From: Pseudomonadota bacterium
GTDB taxonomy: Bacteria > Bdellovibrionota > FAC87 > UBA2466
Direction: 5' to 3'
Assembly (NCBI GenBank): GCA_043718025.1
Contig: JAYSWN010000190.1
Location: 1-19,588 of the forward strand
DNA length: 19,588 nucleotides
The notes under the pieces are model-generated. The model made no database searches, was not told the DNA's origin, and saw only the letters and a program-made list of their open reading frames with translations. The position numbers were made by a program, and so were the translations under genes. Of the stretch, positions 16,077-19,588 are shown piece by piece; the stretch's first letter is position 1, and each line of letters opens with the position of its first letter.

Positions 16077-16672
16077 GCTTTTTTTGGCGCGGTTAGATCT
16101 AATAGCCGAAGGTAAATGTGGGCCATGTCCAAGGCGTCGCTCAAGGCCGTATGTTTCACGTTATCGCGAATGCCAAAGTGCTTAATAAGTTTAGAGGAAG
16201 ACGAACAGCCATCGGGCAAAAGGCCCGCATCACACAATCCCCTCGCCACACAAGTGACATCTAAGGTGTGGTGATGAAAAGTTTGGTCGTACAGTGCCCA
16301 ACCCATGTAGCGTTTGAGCAGGGGAATATCCAACGCACTTAGCGATTTCCCCAGCAGAATGGGACGGTCTCGTTTAAAAATTTCGGTGATTTGAGGCAGC
16401 TTTAAGTAGGTGGTGATGAAACTCTTCACCGCGTCTTGAGGTATCCCCTTCTCGTGCGCCTGTTTGATGAGACCCGTATTGTGCTCTTTATTCCAAGAGT
16501 CTAGCTTTGGCTCGAGCTCTTCGAAACTGGGGCACCGAACCAAGGTTTCTTTTCCCAGCTCTTCGTAAACTCTTTTGCCCTTCGCATCAACGGGAACCAA
16601 GGCCAACTGAATAAGAAAATTACCCTCGGCCAGCCCCGTGGCTTCGGTATCAATACTTAGGTACGCTGCCAT
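16073..16672 (-). CDS. DEDDh 3'-5' exonuclease (DnaQ/oligoribonuclease-like)
   Basis: ExoI SIDTEATGL, ExoII SALDIPLL, LDV, ExoIII HTALSDA. GGGAGTGAG upstream. Confidence 0.85.
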   Translation of the reverse strand: MAAYLSIDTEATGLAEGNFLIQLALVPVDAKGKRVYEELGKETLVRCPSFEELEPKLDSWNKEHNTGLIKQAHEKGIPQDAVKSFITTYLKLPQITEIFKRDRPILLGKSLSALDIPLLKRYMGWALYDQTFHHHTLDVTCVARGLCDAGLLPDGCSSSSKLIKHFGIRDNVKHTALSDALDMAHIYLRLLDLTAPKKA

Positions 16673-16816
16673 TCACTCACTCCCACATCAGATTGGTCTT
16701 CGAAAAAAGAGAAACTAACATGGTTTAACGCTTGCGAACAGAAGGTGTGGTGATTCGTACGTGGGCAAGACAAACGCGATACCATTAAAGTTGATCATTC
16801 ACCTGGGGGAACCAAA

Positions 16817-18247
16817 ATGCGAATTCTTATTTCCTTCTTAATGCCCTGGCTTGCCTTCGCCACACCTGAGCGCGACCGGGTACCGCAATATGAATACATT
16901 CGCCTTCCCGCGTCACTGGTGGATGCGCGGTTTGTGAAAGACACTGGATTTATTCGCGATCACAACCAGAGCGAGCGGTACGCCTTTGGTTACCTGACTA
17001 AAGACGCAATGAGCCGACTGCGTAGTGCCGACGTGGTATTGCTCGATGCCTGGGAATGGGCAACCCATCAACATAACGCCGATACACTCGCCCGAATCAA
17101 TGAGCCTGCGACTGACACCAAAATCTACGAGGCTTTTCATACCTACAACACGCTGACCGAAGAGCTACAAACGCTGGCAAAAACTTATCCCACCCTGTCG
17201 AAACTAGAATCGATCGGCAAAACGGTTGAAGGGCGCGACATGTGGCTCCTTCGCCTTACCAGCCAGAAACTCGCCGATCCCGCCAAGCCAAAATTGCTTT
17301 ACGCCTCTTCAATGCACGGCGACGAAGTCACCGGTAAAGAGATGCTGGTCTACCTAGCTCGCGAACTCCTCAGCGGGTATGGCAAAGACAGCCGCCTGAC
17401 TTCGCTTATGGATAACTCAGAAATTTTTCTCATCCCGTCGATCAACCCTGATGGCACCGAACTTCGACAGCGTTGGAACGCAAAAGGCGTAGATCTGAAT
17501 CGCGACTTTCCTGAAATGAATGAAGATGCCTTTTCGACGGCGGGCCGCGCTCCCGAAACCAAAGCCTTAATGGAACTGCATAGAAATCACTATTTCCCCA
17601 TCGCCATGAATTTTCATGGCGGTTCATTGTGCGTAAACCTTCCCTGGGATCACAAGGGCAATAGCGGCGCCTCGAAGTTTGGGGACGATGCCGTGGTAGG
17701 GCATTTGGCCAGAGAGTATGCGCGGACTAACCTACCGATGCTGAAAGTTAACTTTGGCAGCTTCACCAATGGAATCACCTACGGTTTCGAGTGGTATCAA
17801 GTTTTGGGTGGAATGCAGGACTGGTCGATCTACTTCAGAGACTCAATCCACACCACGCTTGAAATCTCGGATGTGAAATGGCCCTCGGCGACCCAACTGC
17901 CCAATTTCTGGGCCGAAAACCGGAACTCGTTATTGAATTACCTCGAAGGGGGGCTCAACGGTTTGCACCTTCAAGTGAGCGACCCCCAAGGCAACTTAGT
18001 GCCCGAAGTCAGCGTGGCCGTCAGCTCGGCCAGTCGAACGTTAAATTACCCGGGCGTGGTACATCGAACGACCATACCATCGGATCAGGTGGTCACCCTT
18101 AATGCCGAAGGCTTTATGACCAAGACGTTAACTTTACCCGCCGTGCCGTTCCGTGGAGAATACCAACAAGTCACTCTGCAAAGAAATCTGGAGCGAAAGA
18201 CCGGTGTTAGAACTCGACTTACATGGCAAAAAGGTGGACGAAGCTGA
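16817..18247 (+). CDS. Secreted M14 zinc carboxypeptidase (CPD/CPE/N-like) with C-terminal beta domain
   Basis: SIGKTVEGR, MHGDE (HxxE), NPDG, RWNAKGVDLNRDFP, NFHGG, WYQVLGGMQDW and TLEIS. Short signal peptide. GGGGGA RBS upstream. Confidence 0.92.
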   Translation: MRILISFLMPWLAFATPERDRVPQYEYIRLPASLVDARFVKDTGFIRDHNQSERYAFGYLTKDAMSRLRSADVVLLDAWEWATHQHNADTLARINEPATDTKIYEAFHTYNTLTEELQTLAKTYPTLSKLESIGKTVEGRDMWLLRLTSQKLADPAKPKLLYASSMHGDEVTGKEMLVYLARELLSGYGKDSRLTSLMDNSEIFLIPSINPDGTELRQRWNAKGVDLNRDFPEMNEDAFSTAGRAPETKALMELHRNHYFPIAMNFHGGSLCVNLPWDHKGNSGASKFGDDAVVGHLAREYARTNLPMLKVNFGSFTNGITYGFEWYQVLGGMQDWSIYFRDSIHTTLEISDVKWPSATQLPNFWAENRNSLLNYLEGGLNGLHLQVSDPQGNLVPEVSVAVSSASRTLNYPGVVHRTTIPSDQVVTLNAEGFMTKTLTLPAVPFRGEYQQVTLQRNLERKTGVRTRLTWQKGGRS

Positions 18248-18425
18248 AAGCGTCTTCTTTGACCACCTCAATAACTCAAGACTCAAGGATGTGCTTGAGG
18301 TAGTCTGCTTTATTACCGGGCACGGCCTTATCCGGGAGCGATTCTTGGAATTGGCCAAGAAACACGAGTTGTATCACTATCTTCCCCTGGCTAACCGAGG
18401 GTGCGTAGTCATCGAGTTTGAATGA
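18204..18425 (+). CDS. Stand-alone Smr domain protein (~73 aa)
   Basis: ELDLHGKKVDEA, FITGHG and NRGCVVI. Probable GTG start at 18204 with GGAG at 18190-18193. The ORF track start at 18153 is the alternative. Confidence 0.78.
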   Translation: MLELDLHGKKVDEAESVFFDHLNNSRLKDVLEVVCFITGHGLIRERFLELAKKHELYHYLPLANRGCVVIEFE

Positions 18426-19588
18426 GCAGCCTTTCCTACCAGTTATCCCAGGCATCGGAAGACACGGCCGCCATTGCGCCGTTTTTTGACGAAAATTATT
18501 TTGCGGCCATCAAGCGGCTGATGGCCAGTCCAGCCCTCGTGCCTTTTGTGAAAGACACATTCCCTAAAGTCGATCTGCCCGCTTTCATCCAATTCGTTAC
18601 TAACCTGGCCTCCGTCGATGAGTATCAGGAAAAGATAACTTTTGTTGCGGTAAAGACCGTTGTGAAAAGAAGCATTCACGAGTTCACTTCGGCAGGCTGG
18701 AACGAACTCGATAATAACGAGACTTATCTTTTTATTTCGAATCACCGCGACATCATTTGCGACCCCTCCTTATTTGCTTGGGCGGGCCGGATGCAAAAAA
18801 GGCGCACGCCCCAAATTTGCCTCGGCGACAACCTACTCGTGCCCGGATTTTTGACTGATCTCATCCGGGTAAATAAGGGCGTTACCGTGAAACGAAAGCT
18901 CACTCAGCGTGAGTTATTGCGGTGGTCAAAAGTTTTATCGTCGTACCTGAGAAACGTTGTGGTGCAAGGGGCTGATTCCGTTTGGCTTGCCCAGCGCGAA
19001 GGCCGAAGCAAAGACGGTATCGATAAAACGAACTCCGGCGTGTTGAAGATGCTGGCGCTTTCCGATCGGCACGACGTGGTCCAATCGTTTCGCGCCTTGA
19101 AAATGGTACCCATGGCCATCTCTTACGAGCTCGATCCGCTCGATGCCTGGAAGGCTTGGGAAGCCTACTGGACCGAGAAAAATGGCTCTTACTCAAAGCA
19201 GCCGGGCGAGGACATTAAAAACGCGGGACGTGGAATTCAAGGGCAGAAGGGGCGGGTTCACCTGCAACTTTGCCAACGTATCGGAGAAGAGACCTTTAAG
19301 AAAATGGAAGGGCAGATGCGGCCGCAAGCGATCGATATTTTGGCGCAAGAGATCGACCGGCGAATTGCGAAGGGTTACCGGTTGTGGCCCAGCCACTTCA
19401 TTGCACGCGACCTGCTCAAGAAAACCGATGAGGGAAAGATTAATTACACGCCCGCAGAAAAAACAGCGTTCGAAGCCCGTCTTATAAGCCAAATGGCGGA
19501 ACTTCCCCCGGGTGACTGGGACCAAGCACGAATGCGAGAGCTGATCTTGGCCAGCTACGCTAACTCGGTAGATCACTGTTTGGCCTAG
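18422..19588 (+). CDS. Glycerolipid acyltransferase (PlsC/LPLAT superfamily)
   Basis: YLFISNHRDIICD, LGDNL, VWLAQREGRSKDG and VPMAISYE. ATGA overlap with the Smr stop. Ends with TAG at the window end. Confidence 0.88.
   Translation: MSSLSYQLSQASEDTAAIAPFFDENYFAAIKRLMASPALVPFVKDTFPKVDLPAFIQFVTNLASVDEYQEKITFVAVKTVVKRSIHEFTSAGWNELDNNETYLFISNHRDIICDPSLFAWAGRMQKRRTPQICLGDNLLVPGFLTDLIRVNKGVTVKRKLTQRELLRWSKVLSSYLRNVVVQGADSVWLAQREGRSKDGIDKTNSGVLKMLALSDRHDVVQSFRALKMVPMAISYELDPLDAWKAWEAYWTEKNGSYSKQPGEDIKNAGRGIQGQKGRVHLQLCQRIGEETFKKMEGQMRPQAIDILAQEIDRRIAKGYRLWPSHFIARDLLKKTDEGKINYTPAEKTAFEARLISQMAELPPGDWDQARMRELILASYANSVDHCLA

Noticed and set aside
3836..19576. Numerous short alternative-frame or antisense ORFs in the track (e.g. 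4103..4456, 7336..7824, 11894..12262, 19193..19576)
   Set aside because: All lie within or across well-supported genes and show no family motifs.
1..19588. CRISPR array, tRNA/rRNA, IS/transposase, integrase, or plasmid/prophage origin suggested by ParA
   Set aside because: No regularly spaced repeats, RNA gene signatures, rep gene, iterons or recombinase seen. Neighbouring genes are chromosomal housekeeping or metabolic genes.

Overview
Gene-dense bacterial chromosomal window of moderate GC with no rRNA, tRNA, CRISPR array or mobile element that I can support. The many signal-peptide hydrolases and the LysM lipoprotein suggest a Bdellovibrionota/Oligoflexia-like predator, but this is inference only. 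Left to right: (1) a minus-strand run of a LysM lipoprotein, an orphan N-terminally extended ParA, a small basic unknown protein and tex (truncated at the window edge, absent from the ORF track); (2) a glycerol-3-phosphate ABC operon in the order ugpC-A-E-B plus a glycerophosphodiesterase; (3) a small secreted disordered protein behind a sigma54-like promoter; (4) a plus-strand run of an HEXXH secreted protein, FAH-family hydrolase, FAD-linked 2-hydroxyacid oxidoreductase, nitrosocyanin-like cupredoxin and YdcF/DUF218; (5) a minus-strand run of DEDDh exonuclease, MazG-like pyrophosphatase, secreted hypothetical and papain-family protease; (6) an M14 carboxypeptidase, stand-alone Smr domain and acyltransferase. 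The best candidate for an undescribed system is the ParB-less ParA plus small partner module, which has a perfect inverted repeat lying across its putative promoter.
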